From positions 115,954,388 to 116,018,387 of the forward strand of contig NC_090371.1 of assembly GCF_036365525.1 (NCBI RefSeq): a stretch of 64,000 bases of DNA, read 5' to 3'. This stretch comes from Heterodontus francisci (Eukaryota). The position numbers were made by a program, and so were the translations under genes. The notes beneath the pieces are model-generated. The model saw only the letters and a program-made list of their open reading frames with translations, was not told the origin of the DNA and searched no databases. Shown here piece by piece: positions 34,480-47,613 of the stretch (its first letter is position 1; each line of letters opens with the position of its first letter).

Positions 34480-35640
34480 AAGCAAAAATGAAAGTGCACA
34501 GAATTGGAGGTAACCTTGTGATATGAGCTGATAATTGATTGGGAGGTCAAAGACAGAGAGTAAGAAGAATGTGATCCACAGATGCTGTCAGACCTGCTGA
34601 ATATTTACAGCACTTTTTGTTTTTATTTCAGAATTCTAGCATCTGCAGTACTTTGCTTTTGTGTTCTAATGTGATCGTTGTCTGTTTGGCCTCAATGTGA
34701 CAAGTGCTGTTTCCCAGGGATCTATACTGGGGCCTCAACTTTTCACCATATACAACAATGACTTGGATGAAGGAATAGAGAGTTGTATAGTCAAGTTTGC
34801 AGATGGCACTAACATAGGAGGCGAGTAAAATGGGAGCTGGAAGCTATAAAGGGAGATAGACAGATCACACAAGTGGGAAAAACTATGGTAGATGGAGCTT
34901 AATATGGGGAAGTGGGAGCTTATCCACGTTGGATCCAAAAAAGACAAATCATACTTTTTAAATGGTGAGAAATTAAGAGCTTTAGCGGAGTAAAAAAATT
35001 TAGGTATCATTATATACAAATCACTCAAGGCTTGTGCACTGATACAATAAGTAATCAACAGTCTAATGGAAGGAGGGCTTTTTATCTCCATGGGACTGGA
35101 ATACAAAGGGAAGGAAGTGATGCTTCAGTTGCACACAGCCTTGATCAGACACCATCTGGAATGCTGCATTCAGTTTTCGGTGGCGCACGTCAGGAAGGGT
35201 ATATTTGTCTTGGAGAGCTACAGGTATGATACAGAGGTTTAAGAGGTTAAAGTATGAGGATAGGCTGCATAAACTTGGCTTGTATTCCTTTGACTTTAAA
35301 AGGCTAAGGGAAAAGCGCATGGGGGCATCTAAGCCGAGGGGACACTGTTTCAGAATCAGAGGTCTTCCATTTAAGAAGGAAATGAGGAGGAATTTCTTCT
35401 CTCAAAGAGTCGTTAATCTTTGGAGTTCTCTTCCCCAGAGAGCAGTGGAGGCCGGATCATTGAATATATTCACTGTTGAGTTAGACAGATTTTTAATCTA
35501 CAAAGGAATCAAGGGTTATGGGAGGCAGGCAGGAAAGTAGAGTTAAGACCATAATCAGATCAGCCATGATCTTTTTAAATGATGGAACCAACTTGAGGGG
35601 CCAAATGGCCTGCTTCTGCTTCTATTTCTTATGTTCTAAT
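34480..35640 (+). mobile_element. Decayed CR1 3' part(s)
   Basis: PQGSILGPQLF-type and KFADGT-type motifs, then RRNFFSQRVVNLWSSLPQRAVEAG and a CR1 tail. Confidence 0.82.
34577..34667 (+). mobile_element. 91-bp Penelope-type terminal-repeat fragment (no ribozyme core)
   Basis: Homologous to 16855-16902 and to the reverse complement of 56472-56555. TSD AATGTGATC at 34568-34576 / 34668-34676. Confidence 0.8.
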
Positions 35641-35749
35641 ATTCTAAGGTATTTAAAATGGCAAAGGAATTTGATAAGGTGGATTGAAGAATGCATCATC
35701 TTAAAATTCAAGCTAGGTCATTTAGGAGTGATATCAGGAAGAATGGTAG

Positions 35750-36381
35750 TAGCTGAAATTGGTTGGCAGAGGCTGCAGTCTCACCACTGGCGCTTAAGGT
35801 CAGGGCGGCAACGCTGCTTCGGGGGGCGGCGGGACCCAGGGACGCATTCGGATGGTGATAGCTAATTAAGTGGCTGTCGCTGCTAGTGGTGGCCATTGTT
35901 GGGCTGCACCTGGCAGATGAAGTTGCATCGATGGCTGGCGAGCACCCTTGAAGAGTGTTAAGTGGGATTGGGGGTAGCCGGGACCTGGCAGGCTGGCCCT
36001 AGCAATTGAATGGTGGGGTCTTGGTGGACAAGCGCCACTGACGGGGGAGACCTCTATGAGCCAAAGAGTGCTAAAAGAGGGCCTAACCCCACCGGAGACC
36101 ACTGGGAGGCTGCCAGGTTGAACTGGATGTTCTCCCATGTGGCGGTGGGCCCCGTCCATGGCTGGCAAAATGCCAGTGGAGGCAGGAGGTGCCCTTTAAT
36201 TGGCCACTTAAGTGGCTCAATTAGACTCTGGGCAGGCAGCTTGTCTGGCATCATTCCCACCACTGGCAAAATGGCATGATGGCGGGAAGACACCGAGCAC
36301 ACCACCTGACGCCTTCCCGTGCCTTTTTGCCAGCCTTCCCACCTCCTCACCCATCCCCAATGGGCTGATAAAATTCAGCCC
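35750..36381. mobile_element. Harbinger-type MITE A
   Basis: Right end AAAATTCAGCCC is the reverse complement of GGGCTGAATTTT. GC-rich interior is related to MITE B. Confidence 0.65.
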
Positions 36382-36425
36382 ATAGAACTATCTCCCCAAA
36401 AGGCTGTGGATGTTGGAACGACTAA

Positions 36426-37137
36426 AGGCTGGAATTTTTCGTCAGAGGCAGCAGTTGCACCGCTTGGGCTGAATGCGAGGGCAGGGGAATCCTGCTTTGG
36501 CAGGCAGCAGGTCCCAGGGCTGCATTTTGCTGGTGGCAGCCAATCAAGTGGCCGCCGTTGGGGCTGCCAGCCCAATCAGAGGGTCAGCAGCTCAGCAGCG
36601 CCACCAATAGCAGTGGTCATTGCTGGGGCTGCGCCTGGAGGATGAGGGTTCATCGATTTCTGGCACCCTTGAAGAGGGGTAAGTAGGGTTGTGGTATCCA
36701 GGGCCTGTCAGGCAGACCCTGACGATTGATAGCGGGATTGGGGGCCAGTATCTCAGTGCCTGGTGGCACCAGTGCTGCGGGGTGGCCATTACCACCAGGG
36801 GCCCTCCCTTGGGCTAAAGAGTGCCCAAAAAGGGCTCCCCCCAGAGCTTGCCGGGAAGCTGCTAGTTTGCACTGCATGGTCTCCCCAAACGGCAGCAGGA
36901 CCCCACCCCACACCCCATCACTGACAAAATACCTGCAGAGGTGGGAACTGGCCCTTAATTGGTCACTTAAGTGGCTCAATTGGGCTCCAGGCCGGCAGCT
37001 CATCTGCCATCCTTTCCGTCACTGGCAAAATGATATGGTGGCAGGAAAACATTGGGCACACTGCCTGATGCCTTCCCATGCCATTTCCCACCTTCCCACC
37101 TCCCAGACGATCCCCAAAGGCCTGGAAAATTCAGCTC
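36426..37137. mobile_element. Harbinger-type MITE B, inserted in a CR1 3' fragment
   Basis: Ends AGGCTGGAATTTT / GAAAATTCAGCTC. Shares GCACCCTTGAAGAG and TAATTGGYCACTTAAGTGGCTCAATT blocks with MITE A. Confidence 0.68.
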
Positions 37138-37301
37138 AAAATGTTCAAGACAGAAATTGATAGATATCTATTAGATAAAGCTATCAAGGAGTAAGGAGCA
37201 AAGGTGAGTAAATTGATTTGAGGTACAGATTTACATGATCTAATCAAATCCTTTGTTTCACCCTCACACAGAGCAATTCATCATCATCGTCGACATCATT
37301 A

Positions 37302-38255
37302 GCAACAACAACAACTTATGTTTATATAGCACCTTTAACATAATAAACCGCCCCGAGGCACTTCACAGGAGGATTACTAAACAAAATATGACATCAAGAC
37401 ACAAAGGGAGATATGAAGTCAAATGACCAAACGCTTGTCAAAGACATAGATTTTAAGAAGCCTCTTAAGGAGGAAGGTGAGGTGGAGATGCGGAGGTGTA
37501 GGGAGGGTATTGCAGAGCTTAAGGTCTGGGCAACTGAAAGTGCAGCCACTGACGATGGAGCAGTTAAAATCAGGGATGCACAAGATGTCTTGGAGGGTTG
37601 TGGGGCTGGAGAAGATTACAGAGGTAGGGAGGGGTGAGACCATGGAGGAATTTGAAAACAAGGATGAGAATTTTAAAATCATGACGTTGCTTGACCGGGA
37701 GCAAATGTAGGTCAGCGAGCACAGGGTGATAGAGGAATGGGACTTGGTGTGAGTGAAGACACAGGGAGTTGAGTTTTAGATTACCTCAAATTTACAGAGG
37801 GCAGAATATGGGAGACCAGCCAGGAGTGTTTTGGAATAGTCTAAAGATAATGGAAGCATGAATGAGAGTTTCAACAGCAGATGAGCTGGGCAAAGTCGGG
37901 CAATGTTGCAGAGGTGGAAATAGGCAGTCTTAATGATGTCATGTATATGAGGTCAGAAGCTTATCTCGGGGAAAATGTGACACCTAGGTTGCAAATAGAC
38001 TGGCTTAATCTCAGACAGTTGCCAGGGAAAGGGATGGAGGCAGTAGCAAGGGAATGGAGTTTGAAGTGGAGACCAAAAACAATGGCTTCAGTCTTCCCAG
38101 TATTTAATTGGGGGAAATTTATGCTCATCCAGTATTGGGTGTCAGATAAGTAGTCTGATAATTTAGCAACAGTGGAAGAGTCAAGAGAATTGGCAGTGAG
38201 GTAGAGCTGAGTGTCGTCAGCATACATATGAAAAGTAACGCTGTGCTTTCGAATT
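37302..38255 (-). mobile_element. L2 LINE 3' part
   Basis: Peptide MYADDTQLYL...QLNTGKTEAIVF and a (TTG)n tail on minus. Confidence 0.88.
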
Positions 38256-38375
38256 CAGACCAAATATGATGTGATTATGCCAAAAGAACTGAAGATATTT
38301 GGGAATTAGCAATTCTAAGTTTGTAATTGCCTGTGGTTGGCCAACTGTAAACTTTACACTCATAAATACACTCAT

Positions 38376-38584
38376 GCCAAAGACTTGCAGGTTGATAGGT
38401 AAATTGGCCATTATAAATTGCCCCTAGTATAGGTAGGTGGTAGGGTAATATAGGGACAGGTGGGGATGTGGTAGGAATATGGGAGTAGTGTAGGATTAGT
38501 ATAAATGGGTGGTTAATGGTCGGCACAGACTCGGTGGGCCGAAGGGCCTGTTTCAGTGCTGTATCTCTAAATCTAAATCTAAAT
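38376..38584 (+). mobile_element. V-SINE 3' half
   Basis: GCCAAAGACTTGCAGGTTGATAGG through the tail, ending (CTAAAT)n. Confidence 0.88.
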
Positions 38585-39769
38585 AATATATTACATTAAA
38601 TTTCAAAGTATTGTGTGGAGCAGGTATTTATTTAGTTATGCTTATGATATCCCTCAGCAACATGGAGATACCTCCAATATATTGACAGAACAGGCTGATA
38701 GAACTCATTCGCAGTAAAGCCACTACAGCTCCAGGCACCACAACAGCTCTACGAGACTCATAGAAACTGTCAACTACCACTGTTCAATCTTCCTGTGAAG
38801 TGATTCCTCGAGGCCAAGCATGGAAAATCAAAAATTATCACAATCTTCCCACATTGAAAATGGAGTCTTGAAACCCTCTGTCAACAGGGCCAAGATGATA
38901 CTTAAGATGCAGGACCGACAATTCATTGAAGTAAAATTTCTGAACAGAGGCCAAGAGTTTCTGCTTTGGGCGCAATCAGTGATCCGGGCTCAAATTGCAT
39001 TCAACATTCCATTTGTTTTCAGAAGTGATTTCTTTCCTTAAGTTTCCCCTCAAACTCATTTGCATATCAGGGAACATAAATTCTTCCATAAACCAGTGCA
39101 ATTGGGCAGAATTTTAGAACTTATTTTTAATTTTGCATTAAAAAAATTATATTTGATATGTGTAAGAGTGGCAACCTGGTGCAATATTATTAATACAGCT
39201 GAAAATGTTTTTTTACTCATGAAGCATTTTTAGTCAGTGTCTAGTCCATCCCCTGTGAGTAACACAATTTTAAATAACTAAAACGGATGTTAAAAAAGCA
39301 ATACAGAACCATTTACTAGTTACATTGGTGTACAGTAATCAGTTTCTTAGTAAATTGAAAAGAAAAATGTATAAACTCTGAAAAAGTGCCTATTAGTGCC
39401 CTTGCACCTAAAACAAATCCCCCCTGTAACTCTGGCAACAAATAGTGTGTGTTGCAGGAACTGTTATTGGGACAATGCAAGAGCAACAGCAGACCCCATC
39501 CTGTATGCATTGGTGTTGGTGATAGAAATGTAAAAGAAAATTGGAAAAAAAAATCAGTGTATTGGATTAGTAAAGCAAAAGATAAACAGAATTCCCCAAA
39601 AAATATGAGGCAGGAGGGGGAAAAGAGAAAAAATAAATGGGAAGTTCTGTATGGATTGCTGCTAATACATTTTTTCTTACCAAAAAAAGGCTGACAGTTG
39701 TGCAACTTGCTCCCATTATTATTCGCTAAATCAAATGCTTTCATGGATTAGGTAAACACAGCTCATTTA

Positions 39770-40018
39770 ACTTTGCGAGTTTAAACAGGTTGGGGCTCTT
39801 TTCTTTGGAAAAGAGAAGATTGAGAGGTGACCATTTAGAGGTTTTTAAAATTATGAAGGGGGTTGAAAGAATATATACAGAAAAGATGTTTCCACTTGGG
39901 GGGCATCCACAACTATGGGCCATAAATATAAAATAGTCACTAATAAATCCAATAAGGAAGGTGAGACTGTGGAACTCACCATCACAGGGAATGGTTGAGG
40001 TGAACAGCATAGATGAAT
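39770..40018 (+). mobile_element. CR1 3' fragment
   Basis: Peptide LGLFSLEKRRLRGD...VFKIMKG. Confidence 0.75.
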
Positions 40019-42560
40019 TTGCAACCATCTTCAGCCAGAAGTACTGAGTGGATGATTCATCTTGGCCTCCTCCTGAGGACCCCAGCTTCACAGTTGCCAG
40101 TCTTCAGCCAATCTGATTCATTCCACGTGATATCAAGAAATGGCTGAAGGCACTGGATACTGCCAAGGTATGGGCCCTGACAACATTCCGGCAATAGTAC
40201 GGAAGACTTGTGCTCCTGAACTAGCTGCACCCCTAGCCAAGCTGTTCCAGTACAGCTACAACACAGGCAATGTGGCAAATTGCCCAGGTATATCCTGTGC
40301 ACAAAAAGCAGGACAAATCCTACCTGGCCAATTACCGCCCGATCATTCTACTCCCGATGATCAGCAAAGTTATGGAAGGGGTTGTTGACAGCGCTATCAA
40401 GCGGAACTTGCTCAGCGAGAACATGCTCACTGATGCTCAATTTGGGTTCTTGACATCAAGGCAGCATTTGACTGAGTATGGCATCAAGGAGCCCGAGCGA
40501 AACTGGAGTCAATGGGAATCAGGGGACAAACTCTCCACTGGTTGGAGACATACCAAGCACAAAGAAAGATGGTTGTAGTTGTTGGAGGTCAATCATCTCA
40601 GTTCCAGGACATCACTGCAAGAGTTCCTCAAGGTAGTGTCCTGGGCCCAACCATCTTCAGGTGCTTCATCAATGAACTTCCCTCCATCATAATGTCAGAT
40701 GTGGGATGTTCATTGATGATTGCATAATGTTCAGCACCAATCATGGCTCCTCAGATAGTGAAGCAGCCCATGTTCATATGCAGCATAGAGTCATAGAGTC
40801 ATACAGCACAGAAACAGGCCCATCGGACCATCGTGTCTGTGCCGGCCATCAAGCACCTACCTATTCTAATCCCATTTTCCAGCACTTGGCCTGTAGCCTT
40901 GTATGCTATGGCGTTTCAAATGCTCATCTAAATACTTCTTAAATGTTGTGATGGTTCCTGCCTCTACCATCACTTCAGGCAGTGTGTTCCAGATTCGAAC
41001 CACACTCCGGGTGAAAATTTTTTTTTTCCTCAAATCCCCTCTAAACCTCCTACCCCTTACCTTAAATCTATGCCCACTGGTTATTGACCCCTCCGCTAAG
41101 GGAAAAAGTTTCTTCCTATCTAATCTATCAATGCCCCTCATAATTTTGTATACCTCAATCATATGCCCCCTCAGCCTACTCTGCTCTAAGGAAAAGGACC
41201 CTAGCCTTTTCAGTCTTTCTTCATAGCTGAAACACTTCAGCCCAGGCAACATCCTGGTGAATCTCCTCTGCACCCTCTCCAGCGCAATCACATCCTTCCT
41301 GTAGTGTGGCGATCAGAACTGTACACAGTACTCCAGCTGTGGCTTAACTAGCGTTTTATACAGCTCCATCATAACCTCCCTGCTCTTATATTCTATGCCT
41401 CGGCTAAGAGAGGCAAGTATCCCATATGCCTTCCTAACCACCTTATCTACCTGTGCTGCTGCCTTCAGTGATCTATGGACTGGTATACCAAGGTCCCTTT
41501 GACCTTCTGTACTTGCTAGGGTCCTACCATCCATTGTATATTCCCTTGCCTTGTTAGTCCTCCCAAAATGCATCACCTCACACTTCTCAGGATGAAATTC
41601 CATTTGCCACAGCTCCACCTATCATACCAGCCCATCTATATCGTCCTTTAATCTAAGGCTTTCCTCCTCACTATTTACAACACCACCAATTTTCGTGTCA
41701 CCTGTCAACTTACTGATCATACCTTCAATATTCAAGTCTAAATCAATAATTGTACACTACAAACAGCAAAGGTCCCAGCACTGATCCCTGTGGTGCACCA
41801 CCGGTCACAGGCTTGCACTCGCAGAAACAACCTTCGACCATCACCCTCTGCCTCTCCCATGGACCTTCTTAACCAATCTCCCATGCGGAACCTTATCAAA
41901 AGTCTTACTGAAGTCCATGTAGACTACATCAATTGCCTTACCCTCATCTACACATCTAGTCACCTCCTTGAAAAATTCAATCAAGTTAATGAGACACAAT
42001 CTCCCCCTGACAAAGCCATGCTGACTATCCCTCATTAATCCCTGCCTTAGGAGTAAGATGGAATACTCTCCAGTTGCCTGGAGGAGTGCAGTCTAACAAC
42101 ACTCAAAAGCTCAACACCATCCAGGACAAACCAGCCTGCTTGATTGGCACCACATCCACAACCTTCACCATTCACTCCCGTCACCACCGACACACAGTGG
42201 CAGCAGTGTGTACCATCTACAAGCAATTCACCAAGGCTCCTTAGACAGCACCTTCCAAACCTGCGACCTCTACCATCTAGAAGGACAAGGGCAGCAGATA
42301 TATGAGAACACCACCACCTGCAAGTTCCTCTCCAAGCCACACAACATCCTGACTTGGAACTGTATCACTGTTCCTTCATTGTCACTGGGTCAAAATCCTG
42401 GAACTCCCTTACTAACAGCACTGTGAGTTTAGCTACATCCCAAGGACTGCAACAGTTCAAGAAGGCAGCTCACCACCATCTTCCGAAGGACAATTAGGGT
42501 TGGGCAATAAATGCTGGCCTAGCCATCAATGCTCACATCCCACGATTGAATAAAAAAAAC
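40019..42560 (+). mobile_element. Family A LINE RT region, split by a minus-strand CR1
   Basis: ANYRPII...KVMEGVV and VPQGSVLGPTIF at 40019-40785; 3' end and A-rich tail at 42048-42560. Confidence 0.85.
40786..42047 (-). mobile_element. CR1 (HER1-like) LINE 3' part
   Basis: Peptides QHGFVRGRLCLINLIEFF and ALERVQRRFTRM, with a (CTCTATGA)n tail. The 3' end matches the V-SINE tails. Confidence 0.9.
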
Positions 42561-43402
42561 TTAAAGGGACACTAGATAGGTATATAAGGGAAAAAGGAAT
42601 AGAAGGTTATGTTGATAGGATGAGATGAAGTAAGGTTGGAGGAGACTAGTGTGGAGCAGAAACATTGGCATCGACCAGTTAGGTCAAATGGCCTATTTCT
42701 ATACTGTAAAATTCTATGTAAGACCATTTAACTTGTTACTTTGTTTCAAAAAGGTAAGCTAACATTACAATGTTGGATTGACCCTATTTGCTGGTTCAGC
42801 TAATTAAAGTTAGTACTGCGTCTATTGGCTGCAATTGGTAAGTGATTCAATTACATATGCGATTAAATGCATTAGAGCTACTTGGATAATGGCTTTTCTT
42901 AAGTACATTTATACAAGTGCAATTACCTTCATCTAGCCAGGCCCAGGAAGTTGCTGATATCTAGCCATATTCTTGTCAATCAATAGCAGGTGATAAATCT
43001 TTTCTTTTGATGATGTACTGCTTTGAAAAATCACTTAACCATGATTCCTGTAAAGTTTACAATGTGATTACAATTTGAAATTTGCCATAAAATAACACAA
43101 GAAATGATGGGATACTGGCAGCTCTCCTGTGTCACATTGAAGAACAATAGCAGCAGAAACAGCCATTTTTTCCCCCAAATTTCTAGGCCAAAGTGCCAGT
43201 TTCTAGTTGCTGTGCATGTGCATAACTGGTTGGATTTAGTGAGGCCGTTTGGGGCAGGAATGGAGGTGCAGGGGCCGGAGAAAAACATTGGATTCGTCTG
43301 CCCTGCAAACCAACCTCGTAACGTTGCTTCCAGATTTAGTCAGTGGTGGGAAAGGTCCAAGGCAGCGGTGTTATCCTGACGTGACAGGACTGCAATTTAA
43401 AT

Positions 43403-45870
43403 TAGAGTCATAGAGTGGTACAGCATAGAAACAGACCCTTCGGTCTACTGGGTCCGTACCGACCATAATGCCGATCTATACTAATCCCACCTGCCTGCAT
43501 TAATTCCATATCCCTCTATGCCTTGCTCAGTCAAGTACCTGTCCAGATGCCTCTTAAGTGTTTCTACTGTTCCTGCCTCCACCACCTCCTCTGGCAGCTC
43601 ATTCCAGATAGCCACTATTCTTTGTGTGAAAAATTTACCCCTTTGATCCCCTTTAAACCTCCTCCCTCGCACCTTAAATCTATGCCCTCTAGTTTTAGTC
43701 ACCCCTACCATGGGAAACAGACTCTGGCTATCTACCCTATCTATGCCTCTCATAATTTTATATACCTCTATCATGTCCCCTCTCAGCCTCCTTTGCTCCA
43801 GGGAAAACAGACCCAGCCTATCCAAACTCTCTTTATAACTCAAGCCCTCCAAACCAGGCAACATCCTTGTGAATCTTTTCTGCACCCTCTCTAGCTTAAT
43901 CACATCTTTCCTGTAGTGCGGCGACCAGAACTGCACACAGTATTCCAAATGTGGCCTAACCAACGTCATGTACAACTGTAACATGACATCTCAACTCTTG
44001 TACTCAGTACCTCGGCCGATGAAGGCAAGCATGGCATACACCTTCTTCACCACCCTGTCTATCTGTGTTGCCACTTTCAGGAAACTATGTACTTGCACCC
44101 CAAGGTCTCTTTGCTCAACAACACTCCCCAGGGCCCTGCCATTCACTGTATATGTCCTGCCCTGGTTTAACTTCCCAAAATGCAACACTTCACATTTGTC
44201 TGCATTAAATTCCATTTGCCAATCCCTTGCCCACTTTCCCAGTTGATCTATATCCTGTTGTAACCTTAGACAACCTTCTTCACTGTCCGCTTTACCACCA
44301 ATTTTGGTGTCATCTGCAAACTTATTAATCATGCCTCCTACATTCACATCCAAGTCATTAATATATATAACAAACAACAGAGGGCCCAGCACCGATCCCT
44401 GCGGCACACCACTAGTCACCGGCCTCCAATCTGAAAAACAACTCTCCACTACCATCCATTGCCTTCTATCACCAAGCCAATTTTGTATCCAATTGTCTAG
44501 CTCACCTTGGATCCCATGTGTTCGAACCTTCCGGACCAGCCTACCATGCAGGACCTTGTCAAAGGCTTTGCTAAAGTCTATGTAGACAACGTTCACCGCC
44601 CTGCCCTCTCCAATCCTCTTGGTCACCTCCTCAAAAAACTCGTGAGACATGATTTCCCACGCACAAAGCCATGCAAACTATCCCTAATCAGACCATGCCT
44701 TTCCAAATGCATATAAATCCTGTCTTTCAGAATCCCTTCCAATAACTTTCCCACCACTGATGTAAGGCTCACCGGCCTGTAGTTCCCTGGCTTATCCCTG
44801 CTGCCCTTCTTAAATAAAGGCACAACATTAGCTATCCTCCAGTCTTCCGGTACCTCCCCCGTGGCTAACGATGACACAAAAATCTCTGCCAGGGCCCCAG
44901 CAATCTCCTCCCTTGCTTCCCATAGCATCCTAGGATACACCTGGTTAGGCCCTGGGGATTTATCCAGCTTAATGCACTTCAAAACTTCCAACACCTCATC
45001 CTTTGTAATGTTGATATGCTCATGAATATTGCTGTTCCCTCCCTTGAACTCACGAGCTTCCATGACCTTCTCCATGGATGAGAAGTATTCATTTAAGACC
45101 TCGCCCATTTCCCATGGCTCCACACATAGATTATCACAGTGATCCTTAAGGGGACCTACTCTCTCCCTAGCTACCCTTTTACTCTTAATATATTTATAGA
45201 ATCTTTTAGGATTCTCCTTTATCTTATCTGCCAGGGAAATCTCTTGACCCCTTTTCACCCTCCTAATTTCCTTCTTAAGTGTATTCCTACATCCCTTATA
45301 TGCCTCGAGGGACTCGCTTGATCCCAGCTGCCTATACCTGACATATGCCTCCTTCTTTGTCCTGACCAGACCCTCAATATCCCTCGTCAACCAAGGTTCC
45401 CTCAACTTCCTAGCCTTGCTCTTCAATCTAACAGAAAGATGCCAGCCCTGAACTCTTCCTATCTCACTTTTAAAAGCCACCCACTTGCCAGACATCCCTT
45501 TACCTGTAAACAGCCTCTCCCATTCAACTTTTGAGAGTTCCTGTCTGATGCCATTGAAATTAGCCTTCCCTCAATTTAGGACCTCAACTTGAAGACCAGT
45601 CCCATCCTTTTCCATAACTATCTTGAAGCCAGTAGAGTTATGGTCACTGGTCCCAAAGTGCTCCCCCACTGACACATCAACCACCTGCCCAGCCTCATTT
45701 CCTAAGAGGAGGTCGAGTGTAGCCCCTTCTCTGGTAGGGCCATCCACATACTGTTTCAGAAAACTATCCTGGACACACTTAACAAATTCTTCCCCAGTTG
45801 ATCCCTTAGCACTAAGGCAGTCCCAGTCAATATTAGGGAAGTTAAAATCACCTACTATTACAACCCTATA
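43403..45870 (-). mobile_element. CR1 (HER1-like) LINE, ~2.5 kb of ORF2 with few disruptions
   Basis: Consecutive ORFs 44623-45495, 43991-44650 and 43481-43984 (PGNYRPVSLTS, GVPQGSVLGP, KFADDTK), then a (CTCTATGA)n tail. Confidence 0.93.
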
Positions 45871-47613
45871 ATTATAGATAGCTACAGCACATTTGCATGC
45901 AAGTGATGGCGATCCAATGGGAGGGCTTGGAGTTCAGTGGACAATGGGTGACTCTTACATGCCTTCAGATCCCTGGCCTTTGTAAGGTGGCGGCACTGAG
46001 GCAAGGGCATGACAAGCACGGAATAGAGGAAGAGGAGGAGCGGAGCTCATTGTTGGCCTGCAGTGCTGTGAAATCTGCACGGGTGAGCTTGGTCTCGGGT
46101 GGTTTACTGTGTGGGCTTGGTCTCAGGTTGCAATACCGGGTGGGCATAGTCTTGATTAGCAGTACCTAGGTGATCTTGGTCTCGGGTAATCTACATGGGT
46201 GGCCATACTGTTAGGTGAACGGATTGGGTAGCCATACTCGTGGGTGAGGGGGCTGGCTCGCAGCAAGAGTGAGCATCGAAAGCCATTAGGGTGTAAGCCG
46301 AGAGGACTAGTAAAGGCAAAGGTGCCAAGGCAAGTTCGTCTCTGCAAGGACAGCGCTCTGGATGCCTACTGATCAGCCAGCATGGGACTCATACACCCTG
46401 TCTTTGTGGACCCCTCTGGCATGATACAGCACCTCTGATGGAGGGAGGGCCAGGAGGCAGCTGCGCCTCTAATCACTTCGAATGTTAGTAGTTGAGTTGG
46501 TGGTTAGTGAATTATGCTAGCATCCAACATTAGATTGGATGGGTGGATGAAGAAAGAGGTTTGACAGTAATCGGGTAGGTAAATATAATCAGGACTCTTT
46601 GTTCGATATGGAGTGGCTTATTTGAATGGTCATGTTTTAATTTCTCTTTATTTCTAAAAACCACAGAATGTTCCTCTGAATTTCTTTTTTGTACTGTGGC
46701 TGTTCTAGAGAGGAAAGTATATCATTGTATTTATTACTGGAGGCTTTAAATAATCTTTATAATCTTGACTCACATTACTGGGAAACAATATTTTACAAAA
46801 CAGAAACATTCACAAATGTATTGAAGCTGCATTGACAGTGCCAAAAACTGTCACCAGTAATTTACACATCCCCATTAGCCATGTTAGATATAATAAAATA
46901 GGGGGCAGCTGAATTCCATGCACTTCAAAATCTAAAACATCCTCAACAAATGGATTTATGCTTGTTCATGTAAGATAGAATTGCTTTGCCACAGCATGAT
47001 TCCTGAGCTGACAGTCTTCGTAAATATTAAATAGCTCTGTTAAATACTTTTTCACTATAAGGTATCACTATAATGAAGAAAGTTGTTAGAAAATGGACTC
47101 AGTTTACAGCTACCTTTTAATCAGGAGTGTTGTTTTGTGGTTCTACACGATTGATTCCAAATACATTGCCTATATTCCAGCAGATGGAGAGGCCTTCAAC
47201 GAATAGTGGAAAACCTACATCTCCAATGCACTGGAAAATCTAAATTTCTCATTTTAGCTCATCTTGCTTGTTAGATTACCATTAAATTCTGATAGATTGC
47301 CATTAAATATCATACTCTTTGGTATAAACTTCAACCTTATCAAGAATTTCATTCTAAAAAATGTAAAATGTCTACCACTGTGCAAATCTTTCATTCTTGC
47401 AAAACACAATGCATGCATAGTTTTCAGTCATTGCGAGAAACCTTAACTAATGTTGTCAACAGATAAATTACATTCTATTCAGCTTCTGACACAACAATAA
47501 GGTTATGTTACTTTCAGGAGCAGTGTTTGCCTTGCAGGAGCCTCTTTCAAAAGTTCAGGTTGGGGCTCCTACATTTTACTAGACACTGATACTAAATATT
47601 ACCTGTTTAACAT

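Noticed and set aside
39316-39744. 142-aa minus-strand ORF outside recognised repeats
   Set aside because: It is a low-complexity Phe/Leu-rich translation of T-rich DNA with no recognisable domain.
45877-46470. GC-richer segment with short ORFs, possibly continuing 43200-43400
   Set aside because: It is probably an old transposon interior split by the CR1, but no diagnostic motif or terminus could be identified.
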